From contig CM035352.1 of the NCBI GenBank assembly GCA_020137815.1, positions 1,550,001 through 1,614,000 of the forward strand: 64,000 nt of DNA. Direction: 5' to 3'. Within the stretch, counting starts at the first letter, position 1, and each line of letters begins with the position of its first letter. The translations under genes and the position numbers were made by a program. The notes under the pieces were generated by a model that saw only the letters and a program-made list of their open reading frames with translations, was not told the DNA's origin and did no database searches. Origin of the DNA: Hormiphora californensis (Eukaryota > Animalia > Ctenophora). Positions 10,201-23,200 of this stretch are shown here, piece after piece.

Positions 10201-13200
10201 TTTATCCCATTATTTCAATCTTTCTATCTGTCTCCCAGTTCCCTCCCTTTCTCTCTACCCCTCTCTTTATCCCTCCATGCCATGTCTTTAAAAGAAATGG
10301 AGAAAGGTAAACTGTTTCAATAGAACATTGTTTCTAGAACTGTGATGATGACCTGCTGAAATAGTACCATACTCCCTAATATTGTTGCATTTCTAGAACT
10401 GTGATGATGACCTGCTGAAAAAGTGGTGGAGCTCGATGAAATGCAACAGAATTCTGATTCTCATCTCCATAATCAGGCTCTGTGTGGAGTGCTTTGAGTA
10501 CCAGCCGGTGAGTCTGATAGTAGCACCACCTATTCATTAGATGATTAGAAAAGTATATTACTGGATCTCTAGTGAACTGTCAGGCCAACTGCCAGGCCAA
10601 TGATCTGACCACTGTTCTCGAGCACTCCTTCAGGCCAATGCTCTGACAGCTAATGAAGGTGTCATTTAATTTGAGTTACAAATTTTAGAAAACTGAAGGG
10701 GTTAGTGAGAAGACTCAGAACAAGGCGGAGAACACAAAGGTTCAGTTGGAGGCAATGTACGAGCGAGGTGTGGCACGGAGACATATGAAACGTGGGTGGA
10801 AGTAACTTAGTTGACTTACTAGTGACTTAGTTGTGACTTAGTTGTGACTTAGTTGTGACTTAGTTGTGACTTAGTTGTGACTTAGTTGTGACTTACTTGT
10901 GACTTACTTGTTTGACTTACTTGTGACTTGACTTATTTGACTGCTTGACCGGGCGTTATAACCGAGCTAATATGGCAATCCCTCCTCAGACCAAGGCAGT
11001 GCCCAGGACAGCAACACGAGGAGCTGGAAAAGTGCCATCTCCAACTCGAAATCAAAAACTGTGGAGACAGATGCCGCGGAGACGGGGGTCGGTGATGGTG
11101 AGGAGGCACCGGAGAGACTGGTGTGTGCTGAATCGAGTATTATTGTCCTGGACACCATTGAACTTCTAGTTGAGGTAAGGAGTCTAGTTGGGGGTTAAAA
11201 TGGGTTACCTAAATTACCTATAGGCCATCTAGGGTTACCTAGTTGTCCTAGTTGGGCGGTTAGCTAGTCTGGGAGGTGTCTGCGTGATGTCATCAGCACT
11301 CACAGAGATTAGAGAACCATTGCATTTGAATTCGTAACTATGGCAATCTAGGGGGTACTAAATGCCAGAGAGGGAGGGGGTCTACGGGTCTAAAAATTTG
11401 AAAAAAAAGTTACTTTTAGACCCGTCGACCCCCCCCCCCTCTGGCCTTGACTAGAAGATGGTTACATAATATTACCAATAGGGTTACCTAGTTGGGCGGT
11501 TAACTAGTTTGGGAAGTGTCTCACAGAGAACAATTGCATTTTAATACCATTGGTAACCATGGCAACCCTTAGAGTGGTAACAAGACAGAGACAGATGCGG
11601 GCATTTTAACGCTACCCGTTGTGTCCAAGATAATTGGTGTCCTACTCCTCATGATGAGTTCTAACCAGTCCGTTCAAGTGATGAAGATGGTTTTTGCAAC
11701 ACAGCGGTCTATCATCACCAAGGTTACTATAATTATTCCCCTGACCTCTCCCCTTATCTTATCTTCACCTCTCCCTGGGTTGACAGTTGACGTACAGCAT
11801 CTCAAGTCTCAGCTGCTATTGATTTGCTAGATCATGGTCACAGTCCCATCGAAGATGCAACGTCGTCTAACTTAGTAACCCCATTCAATATACATGTACA
11901 TCCAACGTTAACCCTAATACCACCAAATTACCCATGTCCCACCCTTAGTACCACCCCCTCGGCCCTCACCAGATCTTCTCCCCTTCAGTTCCCACATATA
12001 ATCTTTGAGGAGGAGACAGACCTGTGCTCCAAACTGTGCTACCAGCTTCTGAAGCATTGTGCTAGTTTTGTGGATGAGATCAGAGAGGAGGCAGTGGCGA
12101 GTATCTACCTGCTGATGAGGCAAAACTATGAGAGTAGCGGGGTAAGTTTTTACTTTGTTCGACCCTCTCTTTCTACCCCTCTCTCCACCTCTCAATATTG
12201 TGAAGTGTCTCGAAGATTTCGTTCCCGTCACTTACTGACAGGTTACTGTCTCTTAGTAGATATTATGTAATGCTGATTCCTACCTACTTCAAATAACATC
12301 ACTTCCCCCAATATATAACCTCATTTTCTCCCTAACCAGAGTTTCTCAAAAGTCAAGATACAGCTAACGATAGCGTTGTCTCGTCTCCGAGGCTCAGCGA
12401 ATGAGCAAAAGTTTAACGATCTTTACCTGAAGAAGTCTCTGGTGACGTTGAAGAGCTATGCTGAAAAGGAGACACCAGAACTGTGCAGTACACGATTCCC
12501 CGAACAGGTAAACTTAACCATGATTAAAATGCTGTTCTCTTCTTCAAATTACAATGGGGGTGGCTTCCCCGCTATCTATTCAGTATATCAGATAATGTTG
12601 TCAAGAATAGCTGAGCAGTGAGCAACAATCGCTCCCTCTCAGGTGAAAGAAGTGGCTCAGAACCTGTTCATGATAATGCGGGATACAGTGAGGATGAAGG
12701 AGGCGAATGTAAACACGAAGGATCCCAGCAATGAAGATTGACCTCATGTATAGGATCGCCAAGGGTTACCAAAACTCTCCACCCCTCAGAGTTACCTGGC
12801 TGAAAAACATGGCCAGTGAACATGAACTGGTATGTTGAAAATACTTCCTGAAATCCAGGAATTATGTGTGGTATCTAATCGTGTATCTACCTCTATTCTT
12901 CCCTTTCCATACTATCTCCCTTATCTACCCCCTCCCCCAGAAGGACCACTATCCCTTACCTAACCCACCTCCTCCTCCCCCTCCCCAGTGGGATCAGAAG
13001 TGTGAGGCTGCCATGTGTTATATCCATGCTGCTGCCCTCATGTCCGAGTACCTCAGTATGGTGGACTTCCAGCACTACCTACCCAAGGGCTGTACCGCCT
13101 TCCAGAGTATCTCCCCTAATGTCCTGCAGGAGTGTGCCGTTATGGATGATGTCTTGAAACCTGATGAAGATGGTAAATAATGATATGGGTGTCTTCAGCC

Positions 13201-16200
13201 AAATATCGGGATAGATGAAGATCGTGCAGTGGACAGATAGCTTTTTGTTTACCCATACTTTGATCCAGAATTGAATGCTCCTAACGAATGTCCTAACTAT
13301 TACAGGTATCTGTATGGGAGAGGATTATGAGTTCTCCGGCCAGCGGATACTTGAGCTTCTGGGAAAGGCGGGGAAGCTCCTTCACGAGTGCCATATTTAT
13401 GAAGGAGTTGAAGAGGTAAGACAAAGTAAGAAGAGGTCCAGGAAATGGCAGAGTTGTGCTACTGCTCTTACCAAACTGAAAACTTCCACTACTCCTTCAT
13501 TCTCAATTCCTCTTTCTTTTTTCCCATCCTGCGAACATCACTTTCTCATTCCCTCGTTTTCCCTGTCAGGTAAGTCGTCTGATGAGTAGCATGTACAAGC
13601 ACAAACGAGATAGTAAAAAGCTGGCGGAGATAAACCGAAGTATGGAGAAAGCGTACGACGAGATCCTCCGAATGGGTAAGATCATCGCCATCTTCCACCA
13701 ATAACCCTCGTATGAGTTGGACTCCTTGCCCAACCTCTCTGATTTCCCGGAGTCACATTAGACACTAGACAGCTCGTATTATAGAGGGTGCAAGACTCTA
13801 GGTCTACACTGCAAATCTCTCAGTAAAAATTGATAAGTGTGCTAAGTCCGTGGCTATAATTCTCCGGGGGGGACGACATGTTAATTGTTAATAAATCACC
13901 TCTTTTTTTCGATTTTGTTAATTAACGTTAATTAACAAAATTAACAAAGTTAACAAATCAGCAAAGACTGTTCTTATTGGTTGATAATACGACTTTAACT
14001 GGTTTAATTTTATAGTTTAATGACTTTTCTAACACATATATACCCAAACAAGGCCTCTTCCGATAACCAAAGTCCGACATACATGTTTTTTGGCTCAAAA
14101 TCGATAAAAATCCAAAAGTTACAAATATTTCAATTTAGCGTATAAAATCTCACTTTAACGTGATTTTTTCATTGATAATCGATTCTTTGAACGAAAGAAG
14201 ATGATGTACAACGTTTCTGTCGGAAAAAGAAACAAAATATTTCCAAAATCAATTTTTGGTCAAAAATTGAAAATTTGCTTCGCTACAAATCCTTGTGTTT
14301 TTTTTAGAAAAATTGATTTTTGGGATATTTTTGTTTTATGGTAAATTCATGAGTCTTATTTAGTTTTTAGGGTTAAAAAAAGTGGATTAGGGTCAATTGA
14401 CTTCAATTGCGGTTTAGTTTGGCTAGTTTTTATTAAAATTTACACAGAGGAACAAATCGCTGTAAAAAAGCCGTAGTAGAGGTAGTGGTGGTGTGTAAAT
14501 CGTGCAGAAGGAACATCTTTGCTCGCATAACAAGTGTTAAATACCAAAAACACGTGCTAAAGGTGATTTAGATGGCATAAATGGCATTTGTTAACGTTTG
14601 TTAACTTTTTGTTAATTTTGTTAATAAATCACCTGTTTTCTCGATGTTAATATTAACAAAGTTAACAAAATTAACATGTCGCACCCCCCAATTCTCCTCT
14701 TTCTTCTCACCATCAGGGAAGAACCGAGAGATGGGGTGCTATTTCCGGGTATCATTCTATGGGGAACGCTTTAACGAACTAGACAGACAGACGATGATCT
14801 ACAAGGAGAAACCATTTACTAAGCTCCCTGAAATATCCCATCGACTTCAGAAATTATATGGTGAACAGGTATTACAAGTACATAATGTTTATTAGTTAAC
14901 CTCCGATTAGCATCTAATTAGAAACAAATTAGCTGCTAATTGCTTCTCAAAAGAGACAATCAATTATCAATTATCAATTACTGTTTTTGAATATAATTCA
15001 TTCTCATTTTTCAGTTCGGTCCTGATTTTGAGTTTATCTCTGACTCAAAAAGAATTGAGCTAGACCTACTGGACCCATACAGGGCTTATGTCCAGGTCAC
15101 ATACGTCGAGCCCTACTTCGAACCGTGGGAAAGAAAATACCGGTAAGTCGTCTTTTAATCACACATCCTCACAGTCGTAGACTTCAGGCAAGGCCAGGGA
15201 AGTAAATGAAATGGGAATGATCCCTCTCCCTTGGTATTTCAAAACTTCACATTTACCTCCTGTTTCAGAAAGTCACCGTTCGAGTTGACATACAACGTTG
15301 ACCGGTTTTGTTTCTTTACCCCCTTCACCCGATCGGGCACTGCTCACGGGGGTGTTGCTGACCAGTTTAAGAGGCGAACAGTGTTGAGAACAGAGTGCAC
15401 CTTCCCCTACGTTAAAAGCAGACTGAACGTCGTTGGTATCGATGAGGTAGGTCATTAGAATGATTCTCAAGCTCGTTTGCGTAGTAAACTAGGCACTACC
15501 CCCCCCCCAACTCTCGACATGACCGGCATCGGTATTTATTAGCTGTCAACCGAAGTTCATAACTGAATACTAGTTTCCTAATAATCTATTTCTGACGTGT
15601 GACGTGTGAAATATTGAATTGCGATATCAAATAAAATGACGCGTAAATTTCGGGAATTGTGTCATTTGTTTGATTATAATTCCATCTTCGATATCCATCG
15701 GAATCCATTAAATAGTGACACATCACATGATGACATCTAAGTGATCACGATAGGAAAGGTGTCAAATTATGTAATAACTAATACCCCTCCCACCTGTGTA
15801 GACGGTAATGACGCCTATAGAAGTCGCCACAGAGGACATGAGAATGAAGAATGAACAATTTGAATCCATCTTATCCTCCGGTACAACTGATCTAAAGATG
15901 TTACAGATGTTGATACAGGGCGCTATTGGAACCACAGTCAACCAGGTAATTAATTAATTAATTATTAATTACTCGTTATCTTGAGGGTGCAATGGCGGGA
16001 GGGATCTTTGATAGTTATTTATTGGGTTATTCCAATAGCTCTCTTTCCGATTTCAGCAGTATCATCTGAAATTCAGATGAAACTGCTGTAATACATGTAA
16101 TATAAGACTTATGAACACAGCATCTTGGAATAGTACAACTCCAGTTTTTATTCTAACGGTTAATATCACTCAGGGACCACTCGAGATTATTACTGCATTC

Positions 16201-17078
16201 TTCGGAAAAGGCGCCAAATCACCTGACGTTATTGATGACAAACATCTGAGATACAGAAACCGATTGAGATACCAGTGCAAACTTTTCTTAGCCAAGTAAG
16301 TAGTTAGTTCTTAGTGGAGCATAAAATATAATCTTCCTAAAAGTTTCAAAACCCGTCGATGGACGACGAATACTTACAATAAGATCTTGCTTGTTAAAAT
16401 CGTTTCCAGTTTTACTAACTATTTTTTTTACGTCACTTGCGATGAAATATCATCTTTTGACTTTTCCCTAGTGAATATGTAATTTCAACAACCCCTCCCT
16501 TTCAGTATAAAACGTGGTTTAGATGAAAACAGAAACCTCATTGGAACCTTTCAGGAGGATTATCAGAGAGAGGTTAGAACATGTTGACCGGCTTAGAGCT
16601 GTTAGAATAGGCTTGAAGAGATCTCAAAGGTCTACGTGCCCGACAATAAAATTAATCTTTCGACATGTTGACCCATCCACTCTGATACCACCCCACTCTG
16701 ATACCCCCACTCTGATACCAACCCACTCTGATACCACCCCACTCTGATACCCCCACTCTGATACCCCCACTCTGAAACTCCCCCTAATCAGATACCCCCT
16801 TCATCAGATGGAATATAATCTGGCCCGATTCCGGGAATCTGTGTCACCCTACATATTTAATGAGGATGCACAAAGACAGATAAAGGAGGGAAGCAACCTT
16901 GTCAACAAAAGCTTGTAAGTAGTCCGAGTAATTGAAACTCATTACCAGTGACAGATTCGGTGGGAATCTTATCCTTATATCTCCTCAACTCAAAATAATA
17001 GTCACTAAGCACTAAGCACCCCATATATCTAATATCTAATAAATCATCTGATACATAAATTTCCCTATCTATATCTTT

Positions 17079-17167
<89 letters not shown>

Positions 17168-19496
17168 CCACTTTCTCTTTCTCCCCTACCTCTCTCGACT
17201 GACTGACACTGACAGACCCCCTTGCACGATGTAGAGTTAGGTGCTCCATCAGTATGGACTCATCCCTTGACAAGATTACCGACCGATCGGCAACACTTCG
17301 TGGGTCTGCCAGACATACGTCAGAATTCTTCGATCGAAGAGATGCTCTGAGGGGTTCCGGTGGGACTGATCTCGTATCTAGGGCTCGGAAGCGCCTTAGT
17401 TTTCGTAAGAGAGGGCAGATCAGTGTCGCCGTTACCCAGCCACTCATGTGTCCGATCTCATGACGACCAAAGCGACTGAATCTTTGAGGTATAAATTAGG
17501 GCTGTATGCACCCCGTGCCTGAACAAAGTTTAACCTCGGATGAAAAATGTACACTAAGCGGACTTCACTAGGGTCTTCAGATAGGTATTTGGAGTGGAAA
17601 AATGTAAAAAAACACCCCAATTTTATGAAAAGTTTTTTCTCTACATGGATTTTAAAATGGGTCGTTTTGACTGTAAAAACGGCTTAAAAACCATGCTGTG
17701 TGCAGATTTATAGTCCTTTTCCAGTAAAATGGTTGTACCTGACCTGGTTTTGCATGTAGAATCGATTGCCAGTGAAGAGAAATCTCTAAAACGACTGGAA
17801 AATGGTCAAAATTCGTATTTTTGACGTTTTTTAAGGGTTTTTCGCCCCTAACCCTTCATGACATCAAGATAGAAAATTTTCACTAGTGCCAAACGTTTAA
17901 ATGGACATTTTTCTACCGGATCCCAAAGTTTCAAATAAATCGAATGAAAGGGTAACATTTGGCAAATTATTGAAAGTGGCTAGATGAGAGAAAGTGAACT
18001 TGAACTTAATTTTTTCACAATTTTGGCCTTTTTGACCAACTTCTGATTGAAATGGCCAATCAGGACCATGCTCACGCTAAAGAAGGGACAATTTCCTACT
18101 AAAATGCAAATTTTCATGCCGATGCGACATCAGGTCATGGATTTATAGTAAATTTAAGCGAGCTAACTAGGCTATTTCGACTGTCAGAAAAGGTCAATTT
18201 TTCTAATTTTCGGGTCAATTAGCAATAAAAAAGGGTACCCGACCTATTTTTCACCGTAGAATTGATTTCCGATGGAGTTGGACCTCTAGATCGCCAGGAA
18301 AATTGAAGAAAACGAATATTTCAGTTTTTTTGGGGAAATAGCCAGAAAATGGTAATTTAGTGTCAATCGGCAATCAAAAGGGTTCCCAGCCCAATTTTTC
18401 ACGTAAAATCGCTCTAAAATGGAATTGGAGCTCTTAATCTACGAGAAAATAGGTCAATTTCATTTTTTTCGTTTTTTTACTCATTTTCTGGCTATTTACC
18501 CAAAAACCTGAAATATTCGTTTTCTTCAATTTTCCTGACGATCTAGAGGTCCAATACAACTCCATCGGAAATCAATTCTACGGGTAAAAATAGGTCGGGT
18601 ACCCTTTTTTACTACCAATCGACCCGAAAATAAGAAAAAATGACCTTTTTTGACAGTAGAAATAGCCTACTTAGCTGGCTCAAATTAGCTACAGATCCAT
18701 GACCTGTTGTCGTATCGGCATGAAAATTTGTATTTTAGTAGGAAATTGTCCCTACTTTAGCGTGAGCATGGTCCTGATTGGCCATTTCAATCAAAAGTTG
18801 GTCAAAAAGGCCAAAATTGTGAAAAAATTAAGTTCAAGTTCACTTTCTCTCATCTAGCCACTTTCAATAATTAGCCAAATGTTACCCTGCCATTGGATTT
18901 ATCTGAAACTTTGGGATCCGGTAGAAAATTGTCCATTTTAACGTTTGACACTAATGAAAATTTTCTATCTTGATGTCATGATGGGGTTAGGGGCGAAAAA
19001 CCCTCAAAAAACGTCAAAAAATCAAATTTTGACCATTTTCCAGTCGTTTTAGAGATTTCTCTTCACCGGCAATCGATTCTACGTGCAAAAAACGGTCAGG
19101 CGCAACCTTTTTACCGGAAAAGGACTATAAATCTGCACACAGCATGGTTTTTAAGCCGTTTTTACAGTCAAAACGACCCATTTTAAAATCCATGTAGAGA
19201 AAAAACTTTTCATAAAAATGGGGTGTTTTTTTACATTTTTCCACTCCAAATACCTATCTGAAGACCCTAGTGAAGTCCGCTTAGTGTACATTTTTCATCC
19301 GAGGTTAAACTTTGTTCAGGCACGGGGTGTATGGAGAAGTGAACCTAGTGAATTGACAATGTACTGACACTTACTGACACAGTAAATACTACACAATATC
19401 AGTGATATAATCATATGAATTATTTGTAATTTCAGAAGTGATGCAGACAATTCGATTGGAAGAGTGCACTCTATCGACTACTCTGAAGGAAGATGA
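7232..19496 (+). CDS. DOCK7: Dedicator of cytokinesis, DOCK-C subfamily (DOCK6/7/8-like Rac/Cdc42 GEF): armadillo region + DHR-2; 5' part lies outside the window
   Basis: GT-AG exons: 7232-7402, 9321-9448, 9733-9946, 10076-10182, 10397-10507, 10689-10791, 10990-11174, 11573-11722, 11989-12141, 12340-12507, 12643-12829, 12989-13172, 13306-13415, 13570-13675, 14717-14868, 15015-15142, 15269-15446, 15802-15945, 16174-16295, 16506-16572, 16808-16914, then 17241-17463 or 19436-19496. Motifs: [121 protein letters not shown]. One +1 frameshift near 12725. The symbol denotes the DOCK6/7/8 co-orthologue. Confidence 0.93.
7535..9172. mobile_element. 1.64-kb near-perfect foldback element with CAC..GTG termini and 4-bp TSD (Chapaev/CMC-like, non-autonomous)
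   Basis: TCTT|CACGGTGCACCAGAAGGATCG ... CGATCCTTCTGGTGCACCGTG|TCTT. Arms of ~800 bp meet near 8355. Fills most of DOCK intron 7403-9320. Confidence 0.9.
9513..9730 (+). repeat. ~31-33-bp intronic minisatellite (ccccagtgttaccataacaacaactccctt), ~7 copies
   Basis: Direct tandem copies running up to the acceptor at 9731-9732. Confidence 0.9.
10805..10942 (+). repeat. 11-bp tandem repeat (gacttagttgt)
   Basis: Direct tandem copies in a DOCK intron. Confidence 0.9.
11364..11445. repeat. Small imperfect hairpin / possible MITE remnant
   Basis: gccagagagggagggggtctacgggtctaaaa pairs with ttttagacccgtcgacccccccccccctctggc. Confidence 0.55.
13866..14689. mobile_element. 824-bp TIR element with G-run termini and 8-bp TSD
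   Basis: AATTCTCC|GGGGGGGACGACATGTTAATT ... AATTAACATGTCGCACCCCCC|AATTCTCC, with subterminal ttaacaaaa/ttaacaaag repeats. Lies in DOCK intron 13676-14716. Confidence 0.88.
16678..16780 (+). repeat. 15-18-bp tandem repeat (ccccactctgatacc)
   Basis: Direct tandem copies in a DOCK intron. Confidence 0.85.
17083..17165 (+). repeat. (TC)n microsatellite
   Basis: Pure TC run. Similar tracts at 26408-26518, 32276-32372 and 56530-56790 (GA). Confidence 0.95.
17509..19329. mobile_element. 1.82-kb foldback element with CAC..GTG termini and 4-bp TSD (Chapaev/CMC-like)
   Basis: TATG|CACCCCGTGCCTGAACAAAG ... CTTTGTTCAGGCACGGGGTG|TATG. Arms of ~840 bp. Internal blocks are shared with the 7535-9172 element. 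Confidence 0.9.
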
Positions 19497-19996
19497 GACG
19501 CTCAACTTGATAAATAAAATGTTAATAGTTTAATAAGGGGTCTGTTTGTGCGTTTGTATAGTTGTCCGTATTAATTATCTCCGGTGATTCTTTTAATAAA
19601 CTACCAGTGTGTGCAACATTAATATGATTTTGAAGGACTGTCACTGTATATTATTTAGGGGAGTGTATGCACGTTTCCTACTTCACAAGTTTAATAATGA
19701 TGTTGATTATTTAATCAAAATAATCGCGAGTTGATTAATATTATGAAAGACAGTTTGACAAGAGTTGAGAATGAGATCTAATTGTTTTTACGCAACTAAA
19801 TAGATCATTACTCTATGAATATTGTTGATCAGTGACTTAGATGCAATGAATTTTCATTCATTTTTTGGTATATTTTGTCTTTTACTTTGCTCTTCTCTGC
19901 TTTGATACAGTTCAGAGTAGAAACCTAAACGGCAAATATTTTCAAACTGCGCTGCAACTTGTCGCGCGCGTGATCATTAGGCGCGCGCGCTGCTGC

Positions 19997-20119
19997 TAAA
20001 GTGCGTTTCAAACGACTTGACCTGAGATTCCTGGAAATTCAGGATTTCCCCTTTGTAAATACACGCGCGATGCGCCGAATTCCAAGAATTACGGGTCAAG
20101 TCGTTTGAAACGCACTTTA
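19997..20119. mobile_element. ~120-bp hairpin MITE
   Basis: taaagtgcgtttcaaacgacttgacc ... ggtcaagtcgtttgaaacgcacttta (26-bp perfect inverted repeat). Confidence 0.65.
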
Positions 20120-20214
20120 AATTTTGAAATCGCGTAATTTCGTTTGGTGAGCTGAAAAAAATTCAAAACCCTCAAGTCGAGAAACACAAGCCGCAACTCG
20201 CAAGCACGATCTTT

Positions 20215-23200
20215 ACATACCTAGAGGCAACAATTAGTGGGAAGCATCTCCAGAAAACAGTTTTAGCTGTAGTCTACAGCTCACCGACCAGGCGAAGAAA
20301 TTCAGTGTTCTTGGATGAGTGGGAGGACTTTCTCCATGGCTTCACTGAACGCAAAGGATCCCTTTTGGTTGGTGATTTTAACGTTCACGTTGAGCGATCA
20401 AATGACAAACTTTCTACAGACTTCTTAGGAATACTTGAAGACCATGGCTGGAAACAAGTGGTTAACTCCCCAACTCACAATAAAGGGGGAACTCTCGATC
20501 TTGTTATATCACGTGCTTCTCCTGAATCACCAGGAGTAACCAATATTGTGTCTGAGGAGAAAGTTTACTTACCTGATCACTATTTAGTGAGTTTTCGCTA
20601 TCATCTTGGTATACAACCTCATGAGAAGGAACCGAAGGTCGTTATAACCGTCCTTCAAGGATTTGGACATGGACTCATTTGTGGAGAGGATATCAATCTG
20701 ATTTGGTCGGTATTGATCTAACACTGTCTTTAGAAGAGTGTATAGACCTATACAACAGCGAACTGCGAAAGTTTCTTGACGAAGAGGCCCCTGAAGTTCC
20801 CAGACTGGTTTCACAGAAGGAAAGGCCTGTTTGGTACAGGCTGACGTGTCAAGTCGCCAAGCGAAAGAGAAGGAAAGCAGAAAGGATGCTTATGGTTGTG
20901 AAGAAACGGTCCGGTGATATTTTGACAGCTCTTTATGAACTGAAAAAAGCGAACGCAGAAGCCACTGCTACTATCAAGACTGCAAGGCGTGATTTCTACC
21001 ACAAGAAGATTAGTGAATCCAAGAACAATGCTGCAGCCTTTTTTCGTCTTACGAACTTTATTCTGGGGAGGACTAAGAATCCAACAGAGAAACCTAGCGG
21101 GTTGGAAGATGCAGAGCTGGCTGAGGCTTTTGCTGACTACTTTAAAAAGAAGGTAGACGACATATATGAGAAGATTGAGATAGAGGCTGAACGGTTAGGT
21201 CCTGCTCCTGAAATCCCTGATCCTGTACTAAAGTGCAAATTTGAAGAGTTCCAGAAACTAACAGACGAGGAACTTGTCAAACTTATCCGTTCTATGGCGC
21301 TAAGCATTGTGACTTGGATCCGATCCCAACCTCGATGATATCGAACCTCCTACCTGAGCTGATAGAGATGGTGTCCCACATTGTCAATACCATCTCGCCA
21401 GTGGAGTTTTTCCGTCTAATCTTAAAGTCGCTCAAGTCGACCGTCTTTTAAGCTAAAGCAGGTGATAAAGAAGATCTGAAAAACTATCGACCGGTATCTA
21501 ATTTAAGTTTCATCTCAAAAGTGATAGAAAAGGCTGTCTCCCTTCAGCTGACAGGATACCTGGAGACAAACAACCTTCTAGGTAGATTCCAATCAGCAAT
21601 TAGGAAGGGTCATGTGTTGAGACCACAACTGTAAAGATACTTGATGACTTGCTACTCCTCACAGATGATAACTCGAAGGCAGTGCTTTGTTGCTTGACTA
21701 CCGCTGCGTTTGATACTATTGACCACGAAAGGCTACTCAGGAAACTTCGTAACACCTATGGGATTGGTGGTAAAGCACAGGAGTGGTTCAGATCGTACCT
21801 CACAGGAAGATCATCGTCTGTGAAGATAGGTAGTGCATCCTCAACGCCCCGTAAAGTAACTATTGGTGTACCACAGGGTAGTATTCTTGGTCCTATTCTG
21901 TTCATAATGTACACCAAGGAGTTGGAGCAGATCGTCCAGTTGCATGGTTGAGCTACATCTGTATGCTGATGACAGTCAGCTTTACTGCTCTTTCAAGAAT
22001 GCTGAGCTTGCGGCAACCGAGGAAAAAATTAACAGATGCCTACTTGATATAACAAAAATGGATGCTAAAAACCGCCTTATGCTAAACTCAGGAAAAACAG
22101 AAGTGATGTTAAGATCAGCATACGATCGTGACCAAGCCCAACCAAACTCACTGTCTTTGGAACACCACGACTGACACAGTTGTGTCGGCGAGAAATCTTG
22201 GGGTGGTCTTTGATGAAAAACTTAGCATGGAGAAACACGTATCTCACGTCGTCCTTGATGCATGGGCTACCTTACCAACCTTTGGAGGATAGGAGATATG
22301 CTGAACTGGCAGTCTAAGATAGGATGGTAAATGTGTTCATACATTCCAAGCTTGACTTCTGTAATTCGCTTCTTAATGGAATTTCGGCAAAGCAACTCAA
22401 TAGACTACAGAAGATCCAAAATTCAGCTACAAGGTACTATTCGGATGGAAGAAGCGAAGAGAGTTACGGCTCTCAGCGATGGCTACATTTTCTGCCAGTT
22501 GAAGCTAGGATTCACTTTAAGGTTTGTCTGTTGATGCACCAAGTTGTTCATGGTTTGCACCTGACTATTTGACCATGAGATCCAAACGTCGACCAAAATC
22601 TGTCAATCTTCGTGCAAACGACAAAACCTTGCTAGAGGAGAAGATTCATGGTGACCTAAAGCTGCGACATAAAATCACTGAACGAGGATTCCATTGCTGG
22701 CCCAGTTATTTGGAACAATCTGCCGAAAATCCGGCAACTGGAAACTGTTAATCCTTCAAAAAGCAACTGAAGACCTATCTCTTTGTGAAGACCTATGGAG
22801 GCTCATACTCCGTGATCTAATCTGTTTCAATCACAATCTGCTCTGGGACCACCGCCTCAAGACACCCGTGGGTCCCTCGTTTCTGCAGTCTATGCCCCAG
22901 CTTCTAGTTCTCTCCTAATGGACCCCCTCCCCCCCCCCTTGGTGCCCCCCTTTCTACACTCCATTCTGTGCACCCCCTTCTATATCCTCCCTTGACCGTG
23001 GGCACCTTCTCTTCGGCAACTCCTTTTCAGCACCTTTCCCTGGAGCTCTTCTTGGGTACCCCTTTTGACCATAAGTACCACTACCTTAGGCTTCCCTCCG
23101 CATCCTTGAACTTGCTACTTCATCTTCCCTCCTGGAACCTGCTTCTGCACCCTCCCTTCTGGGTACTTGCTTCTACACCCCCGCCCTCCTTGGTACCTAC

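Noticed and set aside
16902-17447. 181-aa minus-strand ORF with poly-ER
   Set aside because: Produced by the (TC)n microsatellite plus the antisense of a DOCK terminal exon.
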